From Octopus bimaculoides (taxonomy: Eukaryota): DNA of 64,000 nt. Location: positions 94,081,712-94,145,711 of the forward strand of contig NC_068987.1 in NCBI RefSeq assembly GCF_001194135.2, given 5' to 3'. The notes beneath the pieces were generated by a model, which did not search any database, had not been told where the DNA came from, and worked only from the letters and a program-made list of their open reading frames with translations. Both the position numbers and the translations under genes were made by a program. The number at the start of each line of letters is the position of its first letter. The stretch's first letter is position 1. Shown here in pieces: positions 1 to 11,667 of this stretch.

Positions 1-879
1 TGTAGTTCACCAGAATATGCAATTAGTAATAGAAATAAACAAATATGGTCTTGTTCCAGCTTCCGTTGGCAGGGTAGAAAAAATTCTGACATTTTAAATC
101 ATGATGAAGAGAAGACGGAGAGAAGTTTAATTTTGTTGCTGTTTGATTTATTAATATTTAAATATTTAAATATTTAACTTACTAATATTTAAATATGTAA
201 ATACTTATAATGAGTATTCATCGACTGAAAATTTTCAGTCTTTACTTTCTCTCTATTTACATGTATCGATGCATATATATTTTGTATATCAAGCAGTTTT
301 ATTTGTTTATATGCATCACTGTCTCCATATCTGTTCACCAGGATTCCTCTACTAACCACTCTTTATTCCACGGATTCAGTTCCTAATAAAGCTATCGGAG
401 TGTTAGTTCAAATCATTTGAGCGTTACTAAGTATTACTGATTCTATATATTGAGAACCTCTGGATCTGTTGTCCCCTGTTTTCGAAACGCGGAGTAGATA
501 AAATAGGGGACAAGTGATGAAGGGAATGTTCTTTATGTTGCATGTCTCGTTTCTCTGTTTTTTCCGATGTTCGAAAAAAAGTTCGTTTTCTATGTTTTTG
601 TTTTTTTATGTTCTCGTTTCTCACTCTGTCCACGTTATTTTTATGTCCTGTACCTATATATGCATGTATATATATACATATATATGTAGGTATTTACATA
701 TATGTATGTATATATGCATTTATTTATATATTATTTATATTATTATATGCTTGAACGCCATGCATCCTTTTCCAAGTAAGTTTATCTATGTGTGTGTGTG
801 TGTGTGTGTACACACGTGTACATATACCACCACACACACATCGTATATATATATATATGTTTGTGTGTATGACGTAATG

Positions 880-2190
880 CGCCCAGTCCAGAAGCCCTTG
901 CAGCCATTTTATTCACGCTTTTGTGCAGTAGTGAATGGTGAAGCAATCTAGTGTCACTGTTATTTATGTCAGTGAAGAGCCCCCTTATCACAGTTATTAG
1001 CAATCTCTGATAACTGGGTACTTTGTGACATCAGGGAAACTCAGTAAAATGTCTTGGAGTAGCAGATATTTCAAGTGAAGCAATATGAGCTAGCTGCACC
1101 TCAGTGTCTAAAAATGTTTTTTTTTCTTTGTGAACGCATCCAAAGAAGCAAAGACTCGGTCAGAACCTAGGAGAATGTTATGGCGAGAATCATGACACCC
1201 CTTGTGAGAATGGACGAGCTGAAATCGCATAAGTAGCAGCGTCTTTGACTGAGAGCGAGAGGTGAGAAATCGCAGAAAGTCGAAAGGTGTCGTTCGTGAG
1301 TTCGTGGAGTCGCAGGAAATTGTTGAGAAGTTGTTATAATTCGTTGAGAATTGTTTTGGATTGGTTACAGTTGTTGACAGAGTATTTGGGGAATACATCA
1401 ATTGGAAACAGTTGGTGTCTATCCCATTCCGTGGTATTATATATCACACTGTATTCGTGCTCGACACTAAGGGGACGTATACAGAAACCACATTATAAAA
1501 GAGAAAAAAAGTTTGGCTTAGCTTCATGGCGTTTGAAACGACTTTATATACGACAACCTTCTACATCAGTGTAAAGGTACCAGTTGTCATGGGTTACTTT
1601 TGTATGATGATCTGTCTTTCCAGTGACAATGCATGGAATTGTCCATCCCCAATAATAATATAGAGTTTTATTACTTAAATGTCTGTCCTGTAACACGATA
1701 TTAGATTGTAAATCCTTAAAACATCTGGTGTGACTGGAGAGTCTAGTAACAGAAGGGAGCAGGTTCGTGTTGTCGCCTCTTAGCAAGAATTCTAAAAATC
1801 AGTGGCACAAGACCATGATCGTTGGCGGCTAGAATTAAAGAGAATTTGTCTCCGGTGACCCCAGTACGACAAAAAACCGACATAAGCGTCGTCGCGTGAA
1901 ATTTGCTGACATTGCTTGATGTCGACAACTCTACATGCCGACCTGGGGGTGGTTCTCTCATATCCTCTTTGAGGAATCACTACGGTGTAGACATTGTTGC
2001 AATCAGTGTGTTTAGGTTACGTAAAGAATGTGGTCTGAACGTGGTCGAAGAATTCTCTGCGTTCTTCTAGAAGAGCAAACTCAAAATTGGTCATCATAAT
2101 CTTGGCATCGGCTTTGATGTGAGGAAATGTAACATGAATTAAGACACCAGTTGGCACCAGAGATCGGCTAATATATCTTATTCACATCTT
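880..2190 (-). mobile_element. Highly decayed Tx1/L1-like LINE ORF2 (AP-endonuclease, linker, start of RT)
   Basis: Minus-strand translation across frameshifts gives LVPTGVLIHVTF..EERREFFDHV, DMREPPP..SVFCRT..NDHGLV (APE SDH-like motif), NIVLQDRHL and HKSVNKMAARASGLGAL (KSPG-DGL-like). The order matches Tx1/L1 ORF2. Confidence 0.5.
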
Positions 2191-2439
2191 ACCCTTGCAC
2201 AGAGTCGCTATATCTAACGTCTGTGAGTGCCTGTACACCATTACTATCATCTGAAAAACAACACAAATACCGCTTTTATTTAGCATTTAATGTTATTAAG
2301 TTACTAAAATACGATAATCCTCTCCCAGTGGATAATTTTAATACAAGTATTAAGAAAAGAGAGAAGAATCCAACAGCAACGGTATCATTTTTCTCTGAGT
2401 GTGTATGGAGCACGATCCTATTACTACTACTACTACTAC

Positions 2440-2830
2440 TTCATACAGGTACAACTGGTTAGACCGCCAGAATAATTCCTTGCTTCTGGCTACAAGTAAC
2501 CTTAGTTGTCAAGTATCAAAACTGTCCCTAATAGCACTGTTTTCTGGAGCTGCACTAAACTACGTTTTATGACTGTTTCCTCTATACATCTGTTCAAATC
2601 TTTAGGCATAGTTTCCCAATGCACCTATAACTACTGGGATACATTTTACCTGCACTTCCTCAAACCTCTCTAACTCAAAGACTAGGCCCACATACATTGC
2701 TAGTTTTGAGATTATCTCCGCTTCTCAAATGGAATTGGTCTTCATTGCCACAAAGCATTTATTTAATCGTCTCTGGAAAGAAAATTTCGATAAATCACAA
2801 ATTTACATAGTGTTTAACAGTTTCTTGATT
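2440..2830 (-). mobile_element. 3' end of RLE-type non-LTR retrotransposon (R4/Dong/NeSL-like)
   Basis: VKCIPVVIGALG / TMPKDLNRCIEETVIKRSLVQLQKTVLLGT with one frameshift, then a short 3' UTR and a (TAG)n tail. Confidence 0.85.
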
Positions 2831-2864
2831 TCATCCCTACTGTGAGTGTATGTGTGTGTATACC

Positions 2865-2973
2865 TGCATGTATGTATGTTATCAATCAGTTTCATTTCTG
2901 TATTTCTTGTCCATAGAGAAAGAGCCGGACTCTAACATAGATTCAAGGCTCCTTCATTGGAAATCTTATCGAC
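2865..2973 (-). mobile_element. LINE 3'-UTR-like repeat fragment, similar to 21716-21820
   Basis: agaaagagccggactctaacatagattcaaggctccttcattggaa aligns with aagaaagaaccggtttctaacctagatccagggctccttcattggaa at ~21750. This copy ends in (TACA)n. Confidence 0.6.
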
Positions 2974-4037
2974 NNNNNNNNNNNNNNNNNNNNNNNNNNN
3001 NNNNNNNNNNNNNNNNNNNNNNNNNNNNNNNNNNNNNNNNNNNNNNNNNNNNNNNNNNNNNNNNNNNNNNNNNNNNNNNNNNNNNNNNNNNNNNNNNNNN
3101 NNNNNNNNNNNNNNNNNNNNNNNNNNNNNNNNNNNNNNNNNNNNNNNNNNNNNNNNNNNNNNNNNNNNNNNNNNNNNNNNNNNNNNNNNNNNNNNNNNNN
3201 NNNNNNNNNNNNNNNNNNNNNNNNNNNNNNNNNNNNTATACATGTATATATATATATATATATGTATCTCCGTATGTATGCATGTATGTATGTGTATGCG
3301 TATATATGTGTAGCTGTATGTGCTTATATGTGTTATATGTGTATGTACATATCTATGCATGCATGCATGTATGCATGTATAAATGTTCGTATGTATGTGT
3401 GTGTATGTATGTGCATGCATATTTGTGTGTGTTTTCTAGCAAAGAAAAGAAAGGAAAAGCGAAAAGCTTATATTATGACGAAATCGCCATGCCTGAACAG
3501 TAGCCAGTCCGACTGCCTGACTGTCTGACTGCCATCCAGCAGAAAGACAAACACTGGAAAACACACGGAAGTATTCACAGAGACAGAGAGAGAAGACTTG
3601 CAGTAAACTGCAATGACAGAGGTACATATTTCACAATTAAACCTCAGAATTAATGTTGATCCTAATTCAAAGTGAAATGAGACAGCATAAATGATTATTT
3701 AGCAGGATCCGCTGTAACGCACAAGAACTGTCGGTTCTATGTAATGTATTTCTGTCTAGCCATCGCAGAAATTCCACCACCCTTCGCCCTCCACTACAAT
3801 TACCCACTACCTCCCCCGTTACCACCATTTTCAACGCCATTGCAATTCTATAGAACCGCAAATGTTTCCTCTACAGCTATTACCCTCCACCACCACCACC
3901 ACCACAGCAAACGCTACCATCACACTACATTCTCCTCCACTTCTTATTTCTACACTTTCTATGCTTTGTATTTGGTATGATTGTCATGAAACACGTTGGC
4001 TCTCTGATTCTTGATAACGTACTTTATACCCATTGTT

Positions 4038-4109
<72 letters not shown>

Positions 4110-4547
4110 TGTGTACATGTATGTATGTATATGAATATACATACATGCTCAACATCTGTATGTATCCGTGGATGCATGTCTCGGTTTTATGTATGCATAT
4201 ATATGTTTACTTTCAATATTTTCTTTATTAATATGAATTTTTCCCTGGAGGACTGAATTGGTTTCTAAAGCCAAGCGTAAAGTCCGTCAATGGAATTTGA
4301 ATAAACACTAATATAATTGTTACATTTTGAACTTTAGAAATCTCATGTATTGTCACATAGAGATAAACGCACATTTATAAGCGTGTTAAACGGTCAACAC
4401 GTATTTGTGTATGTCAGTGGGTCTGTGCCTCACCTCACGCATGTATGCTTCTGAATGAATGAATGCATAGACAGGTGTATGTACACTTATACATATGGTT
4501 CATACAAAACTGTGCTTGGCTTATTAAAAATGTAAAGAATCTTTAAT

Positions 4548-4664
4548 ACGCCGGACAGAATGCTTAGCGGCATTTCGTCTGAGTTCAAATTCCTCCGAGG
4601 TCGACTTTGCCATTTATCCTTTTGGGGTTGATCAAATAAGTATCAGTTGGGATCGACTTGACCC
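4548..4664 (+). mobile_element. SINE fragment with B-box and Nin-like central domain
   Basis: GAGTTCAAATTCC B-box followed by gaggtcgactttgccatttatccttttggggttgatcaaataagtatcag; related to copies at 9212 and 54080. Confidence 0.7.
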
Positions 4665-4810
4665 ATACCGATATTGTTGTCCATGGACTGAAGTGTGGAA
4701 CCAATATAAGAAAAAGCAACATCAAAGTTGGTTTGGTCCTCAGAATATCACAAGAAACAATTAGAGAAATTCTACCTCGATCATCTGGAATTCGAAATGG
4801 CTGGAATATT

Positions 4811-4950
4811 GTAGCTTGCTCACCAGCCATATGGTTCCGGGTTCAGTCCCACTGCGTGGCACCTTCGGCAAGTGTCTTCTACCATAGCCTCGGGCCGATT
4901 AAAGCCTTGTGAGTGGATTTGCTAGACGGAAACTGAAAGAAGCCCTTCGG
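4811..4950 (+). mobile_element. tRNA-derived SINE, 5' half, running into an N-gap
   Basis: ggttccgggttcagtcccactgcgtggcaccttcggcaagtgtcttctac...gtagacggaaactgaaagaagccc-type head shared with copies at 11.5, 20.5 and 23.1 kb. Confidence 0.85.
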
Positions 4951-5250
4951 NNNNNNNNNNNNNNNNNNNNNNNNNNNNNNNNNNNNNNNNNNNNNNNNNN
5001 NNNNNNNNNNNNNNNNNNNNNNNNNNNNNNNNNNNNNNNNNNNNNNNNNNNNNNNNNNNNNNNNNNNNNNNNNNNNNNNNNNNNNNNNNNNNNNNNNNNN
5101 NNNNNNNNNNNNNNNNNNNNNNNNNNNNNNNNNNNNNNNNNNNNNNNNNNNNNNNNNNNNNNNNNNNNNNNNNNNNNNNNNNNNNNNNNNNNNNNNNNNN
5201 NNNNNNNNATATATAAATTTCAGGAATGGAGTAAACGCATGTTATAACTG

Positions 5251-5349
5251 CATACTTTATTCCGACATATGTTTCGAAGAATTACAATTTATGCGATCCA
5301 TAGGAATCGTCGATGTTAAAAATGTAAACTTCTCCTCAGGGAATGTATG
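5251..5349 (-). ncRNA. Type I hammerhead ribozyme with intact core, in a Penelope-like repeat context
   Basis: RNA: CAUAC-AUUCC-CUGAGGA-GAAG-[extended hairpin]-CUUC-GAAAC-AUAU-GUC^GGAAU-AAA-GUAUG. Stem I is 5+5 bp with an AAA bulge, stem II is GAAG/CUUC, stem III is the palindrome ACAUAUGU. Predicted cut between 5264 and 5263. Confidence 0.85.
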
Positions 5350-5807
5350 GGAACCATCTTAAACGTAAGACATTATGACCGAGTATGATAACTATAGTTG
5401 GAGAAGGTTATAACGTAGTTCATTTGAAAAAACCGCTGGAGATTAGGACGCTACCAGATTGTACGTTGGACAAGAAGGGAAGAAAAAAAGAAAAGAAAAA
5501 AGAAAAAAAGAGAAAGAAAATTCAGAGTGTAGAGTTGGGAGAAGATAGGCTGATATAAATGCGATAAAAATTGGAGAGGAATGTTATGTAATAAGAAGGT
5601 AATATAAATGGTTTTAATCTTGTGTTTCTACAAAAATATTGAGATGAGTGTATATAATCATTTATACTAATGTGTATGCTCATATATATACACAAACAAA
5701 TCCACATTTACTCCCATAAGTTCATGTATGTATATTTATATACATACCCACGTCAAAACTCACACTCATATATACATACGAACACACACATATATATTAA
5801 TTATATA

Positions 5808-5849
<42 letters not shown>

Positions 5850-6315
5850 TTACATACATACATACATGCATACATACATATATGCCTGGATACATATATT
5901 TTCATTAGCGTTAATGAAACTATATTTCAAAATTGTCGACGAAGAAAACNNNNNNNNNNNNNNNNNNNNNNNNNNNNNNNNNNNNNNNNNNNNNNNNNNN
6001 NNNNNNNNNNNNNNNNNNNNNNNNNNNNNNNNNNNNNNNNNNNNNNNNNNNNNNNNNNNNNNNNNNNNNNNNNNNNNNNNNNNNNNNNNNNNNNNNNNNN
6101 NNNNNNNNNNNNNNNNNNNNNNNNNNNNNNNNNNNNNNNNNNNNNNNNNNNNNNNNNNNNNNNNNNNNNNNNNNNNNNNNNNNNNNNNNNNNNNNNNNNN
6201 NNNNNNNNNNNNNNNNNNNNNNNNNNNNNNNNNNNNNNNNNNNNNNNNNNNNNNNNNNNNNNNNNNNNNNNNNNNNNNNNNNNNNNNNNNNNTATATATA
6301 TATATATATATATAT

Positions 6316-6356
<41 letters not shown>

Positions 6357-7571
6357 CATTCGTTCTTCCATCATTCAAGCTCGCCATCCTTACACACATG
6401 CACGCATGCTTACATGTATCGCATTAGTTCATGTATATACATATATGTATATACATGTATGTTTATATTTACGTGTGTTTTTATAGGGGTATAAAAGATA
6501 TTGTGTTTCTATGTGTGAATGCTGGCGAAAATAGAGAGGCGGGTGGAGAAAGATGGGCAAAGAAAACCGTCGGAAGCCATCCAAAAATAACTAAAATGGT
6601 CGCTTGTTTCCTTTCTCTAATTCTACCAATGTCGATTATATAAATACAGTAAGTGCCCCGTACAATTTGACAATATTCTTGGCCTGAAAACTTCTTTAGA
6701 TCGAACTGAATAGTCAGTCACCAGCTATCAATAAGTTGTTTACCGATACATTTCTATTTGTTTGTTGATTTACCACCTAATCTATAGTTTTCTCTGTCCT
6801 GCTTTAGCTATAATCACAGTTTTGACTAATTTTGGTGTATATATTTTTCTGCAGTCTTTATGGATTTAGTTAACAGAAAGGCCAACGTTTGACTAGTGCT
6901 ACAATTGCTGCAAATAGCGTTAAAATCAAGCTAACGTCTCCTCGCCATATACTCAGCAAACATGTATGTACTGTAGTTATTTATAAATTATATCTTTGTG
7001 TTTGTGTATACCTATGTGTGTATATAGGCATGTATTTATTTGTATGTACACACTACATACAAACAGACATACGCACACACACATGCATAAACACATCAAA
7101 ACTGCATGAGAAATCACAGTATTTCGTTTGTACCGCATTTATATTAGCTGGGAAATTAGGTACACGTATTCATAATACAGCCACACTAATATGCCACAGT
7201 TTCTACGCATAGAGATATATTTTGGCCGGCTAACAGACTGCTAAATACCAAGGATTGTAAAAAAAATACTCCGATATTAAATCTCCTAATATCATAGAGA
7301 AGGCAAGAGGATTACGCGATGAATTTAGGTCTATCTTCTACTAAATATTCAGTTAAAGATTTTCTTCATGTGCAAACAAATACCATTTATTTTCCGAAAA
7401 GCTGCTACACAAATGTGTGTATTTGTGGGAAGATAAATAAATATGCATATGTAATACATACATACGTACTTATAAATATAGTGGCAATTTACAAAAAAAA
7501 CCCAACAAAAGACGAAGATGGGTGCGTAAACAACAAACAGATGTCCTGGTTTAACGCTCAGGAAGTGAAAA

Positions 7572-7614
7572 GGTCTTTTACGTTTCGAGCCTACGCTTTT
7601 CGACAGAAAGGACC
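7572..7614 (-). ncRNA. Minimal hammerhead-like relic with variant core CUGUCGA
   Basis: GGUCCUUU-CUGUCGA-A-AAGC-GUAG-GCUC-GAAAC-GUA^AAAGACC; stem III reduced to the ACGU palindrome. Confidence 0.55.
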
Positions 7615-7658
7615 ACAGAAATAAGCACAGAGAGAAAATAACTAGAAAAAGAAAGTAC

Positions 7659-7689
<31 letters not shown>

Positions 7690-8780
7690 GCCTGGCCAGC
7701 CAAGCTATACACACACACATACACACACACATACACACACACTTATGTATGCATGTACAAATTCCAACATGTGTTACACGTTAGAAGAAACGTTAGGTGC
7801 ACGTCTGGGTTTTATAAAGCTTTTACAATATTCGAATATTTGAAGGCATTGGACAAGGTTGATCCTCGTTGTCCTGAGCAACAGTAAATGCGTCCAGGCT
7901 ATGCCAGGTCTCAGTAAGTTGATTTTATTATCACTCAGAGACATGGTTGAGGAATCATGGTATCGGGTCAGCCAAAGACTTTTGAGTAAAGTTTGGTAGT
8001 CGGTAGCTGTGTAGATTCCATCAAAGGGGTTATTCCTTATCTCTGGAGGGTGGGGAGAACCACATTTAACCATGCCCAATTTATTACCACAAATCAGTTT
8101 TTCAGGGCTTTTAGTGAGGTGCTCTCACTTCAAAACATTCAGATCAGGTCTCCTGTCGGAAAACATCTTCCTCTCAGCGCTCCTTAAACATTGGTATGGC
8201 GCTGCAATTCCTGTTTCAATACATCATTCACAACATTTCAAAGCATAAGGACATAATATGCAATATACTCTTTTCTGAGAAATAGTCCGAATTTAGACAA
8301 TTAGACTCACAGATCAATAAATATCACTTATGCTAAGTCTAACAAGAATCTAAATTACATAAATAGAGACTAACAACTCTGCCAATATATCAAATTTAAT
8401 TAACATAATTAGCAAAAGTCATTTCAAAGAAAACAATCAATTTCTGCTACTTGTTTTTGTTTTTTTATTATTTTTTCTCTCTTTTTATTTACCAAATGTG
8501 AGCAGCAGCAGAAAGAACAGCAATGTTATATCATCAGCCTTTGTCGATCCATCAAGAAATATTTGGGGATTACATGAAGAATTGTCACAAGTTTTCTTTG
8601 CGTGAAGAATCATCTCCACAGCCCTGAATGTGGCATTTGGTGTAAGTGAAGTAAATATTAATGGCTTCTTTTGTGTTTCGCGTCTTTACTGCTAAAGTTT
8701 AAAGGGAAAATAAACAAAAACCTACAACGTTTTACAAAATAAACTGAGCTGAGCTGCCAAAGCTGATCTTTTATATTTTA

Positions 8781-8975
8781 TCATTTGACTGCGGCCATGC
8801 TGGGGCACTGCCTTAAAAAAATTTTAGTCGAATGAATCGACCCCTAGTATCTTTTTATTTTTTATCAAGCTTGGTACTTATTGCATCGGTCTCTTCTTGT
8901 CGAACCGTTAAGTTACGGAGACATAAACACACCTACACTGGTCGACAATCGTTGGTAAGAGACAAACAGACAGAA
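8781..8975 (-). mobile_element. SINE 3' half
   Basis: tcatttgactgcggccatgctggggcactgcc...gaaccgttaagttacggagacataaacacacc, the reverse complement of the 47785 copy. Confidence 0.85.
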
Positions 8976-9004
8976 GCACACATATATCCGTTTATTTGTT
9001 TCTT

Positions 9005-9130
9005 TCATTTGACTGCAGCGTGCTGGAGCACTATCTCAAGGGGATTCAGTACTTATTCTATCGGTGTCTTTTGCCGAACTGCTAGATTACGGAGTTGTAA
9101 ACACACCAACATCGGCTGTCAAGCGATGGT
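9005..9130 (-). mobile_element. SINE 3' half, second tandem copy
   Basis: catttgactgcagcgtgctggagcac...ttgccgaactgctagattacggagttgtaaacacaccaac. Confidence 0.8.
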
Positions 9131-9211
9131 GGTGGTGATGGTGGTGGTGGTACATTACAAAAACTGACGGAGCAAGTGAAATCAAGAGAACTAAAAAGTT
9201 AAATGGAAATG

Positions 9212-9385
9212 ATGATTTCAAATTCTAGCACAAGGCCAATAATTTGTGGGGTGGGTATAAGGCGATTGTATCCACCCTAACGCTCTGGTAGTACTTATTT
9301 TCTCGACTCCAAAGAGAGGAAATACAAAGTCGTCTTCGGCGGGATTTGAACTCAGAATGTAAAGATGGACGAAGTGCGGTAATAA
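9212..9385 (-). mobile_element. SINE with Nin-like domain
   Basis: ggcgggatttgaactc (reverse B-box), agtacttattttctcgac and caaattctagcacaaggcc, matching 54080-54305. Confidence 0.7.
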
Positions 9386-11250
9386 TTGCACGCTAAACCA
9401 AAGAAGAATTTACAAATTTCTGGCGAGAAAAATCTGAAGTAGTGAATAACTGAGGTAAAAGAGAATTCCTGTGATCTGTGAAATATTGGCGGGACGAAAC
9501 TCTCTGAGACTCAAAGGACATCTACAACAAATAAAATGAGCTTATCTTACAAAACAACAAATACAACATTTCCATTGCCGATTTGTAAGACCATCTTTCT
9601 AATATATATATGCGTGTGTGTTTGCGTCTGTGTACACACACATACACACATATATATGAAATGGGAGGGGGAGGGGGAGACAGAATGAAAGAAAATGTGC
9701 TAAGAAACAACGAAATCACGATGGATATGAAAGAAATAAAAATAAGCCAAAGAAGAAGAAATCGAACATGACAAAGCAATGTCAGAAGAAAAACAATCAA
9801 AGAAGCTGCAAAAGAAACTGGAATGAATAAATACATAAATAAAATAATATGACAAGTATTCTTGTTTGAGACTGTCTGAAGATGTTGGCTGTTTCAAAAA
9901 GCAATTCTAGTCAGGCTTCCTAACGTGAAGTTGAATTGATTTCAAATTGGTGCTGAAAGGCGGAGGTCACGATGTAACACACTGAAAGGTTATCTAACTC
10001 GTTTTTTTCATGATTTTCTTGATAATTTTATTATTATTTTATTTATTTATTTATTTATTTTTGTAGGGTGGCGAGATTCCATACAGTACTTGTTTATATG
10101 TATGTGTGACTCATCGTTTATTTTTTGTGACTGTTTATGCTAATACACACACACATATTATATGCATGTATATATGTATATATATGTATGTATATACATA
10201 CATACATACATATATATATATGTATGTATGTATATATATATATATATATATGGCTGTCTCATACATCTTTTTTCTCTCTGTCGTACAAATATACATACGT
10301 GTAATATATGTGCGTGTGTTTATATAAATCGTACTTAATGGGGGAGCTTGAAGTAAACAAATCTATAAGTAATAGCGCATAACTATTGGGTTAAAACCGG
10401 TTTAGATGAAAAATAGTCAAACCCAGCCGTCAACAGTTTTTCATCTAAGGACTTTTCAAGCCAATATTTTACACCCTATTTTTTATAGCCTTATCCACTT
10501 CGAATACCACTGTTAAAAAACAACTTATTTCACGTCTTTAATTATTGTGAAATTATTGTGAAGTAAACAACATGCAAATCTCGAAGGTAAGAATGAAGCA
10601 TCTCAAATGGACGGCGAAAATTCGCAGAGTTCCTGTGGTGCAATGTTGGCACGTCTATCATGTTCACAGAAGTGGGGTCGCGTCCCATGGGCAACCGACC
10701 TTTTCCCCTCCAAGGAATTTTTGAAACCTAATTTTCACATCACGTGATTTCCTGCATCATGTTACAGCGGTATTTGGCTGTTAACATTTTGTATCTTAAT
10801 ATATCTGGGGAATTCTCATTGACTAGGCGGGGAGAAAAAGCGTCCCAGGCATGACCATCAAGTCTTCTGACAATATTGCCGGATGTAATATCAGAAATCT
10901 GTTTTCAGACGATTGTGTGACCAAGGGACACATGGTTGCTATTTCTGTTATGCCAAGCGACCATATTGCTCCTTTCTCTTTTATTCTTATGTCTGTATTT
11001 TGGTTCTAACCCCAAAATAAACATAAGCCACTTTATCTGTATATCACGTGAATTGAGGAAGGCAGACTTTCGTTCTTCATACATTTGGTACAACTGGAAT
11101 ATTATTCTCATATACTTGCTTTCGACTTGCTCTTACTCGTTCAGTTTTCCTCTCTCTCTCTCTCTCCCTCTTTCTCTCTCTCTCTCCCTCTTTCTCTCTC
11201 TCTCTCCCTCTTTTATACGCAAATGTATCGATATATCTTTATCTTTTGTT

Positions 11251-11443
11251 TTTTTACTTGTTACAAACATTTGACTGCGGCCATGCTTGAGCACTGCCTT
11301 CAAGAATAGTTTGTCGAATGAATCGACCCCAATATTATTTTTTACGAACGCAGACAAACCAACACCGGGTGTCAAGCGGTTGTGCGGGACAAATACAAAC
11401 ACGAAGACACACACACACAAACACACACGTACACACACTGTCT

Positions 11444-11517
<74 letters not shown>

Positions 11518-11667
11518 ACAACAGGATTCTTATAGTTTCTGTCAACAAAATCCAATCTGAAGGGTTTGGTCAGCCCTTGGCAATAGGAGAAAACACCTAC
11601 CCAAAGTGCGAAGCAGTAGACTGAACCCGGAACCATGTGTTCGGGAGGCAAGCTTCTTACCATCCAG
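11251..11667 (-). mobile_element. Near full-length composite SINE (tRNA head + internal microsatellite + 3' half)
   Basis: Head 11520-11667 (ctgaacccggaaccatgtg), internal (CA)n/(CT)n, 3' half 11251-11400 (ttgactgcggccatgc). Confidence 0.85.

Noticed and set aside
7774-8220. 101-aa ORF and faint LINE-like words (KALDKV, GNKLGM)
   Set aside because: The motifs fall on opposite strands and are too weak to assign.
8493-8623. Minus-strand AG..GT segment with an open frame (AVEMILHAKKTCDNSSCNPQIF...)
   Set aside because: Weak pyrimidine tract and no recognisable homology.
10570-10595. caacATGCAAATCTCGAAG|gtaaga, a possible start exon (MQISK)
   Set aside because: Too short; expected by chance with no partner exon identified.
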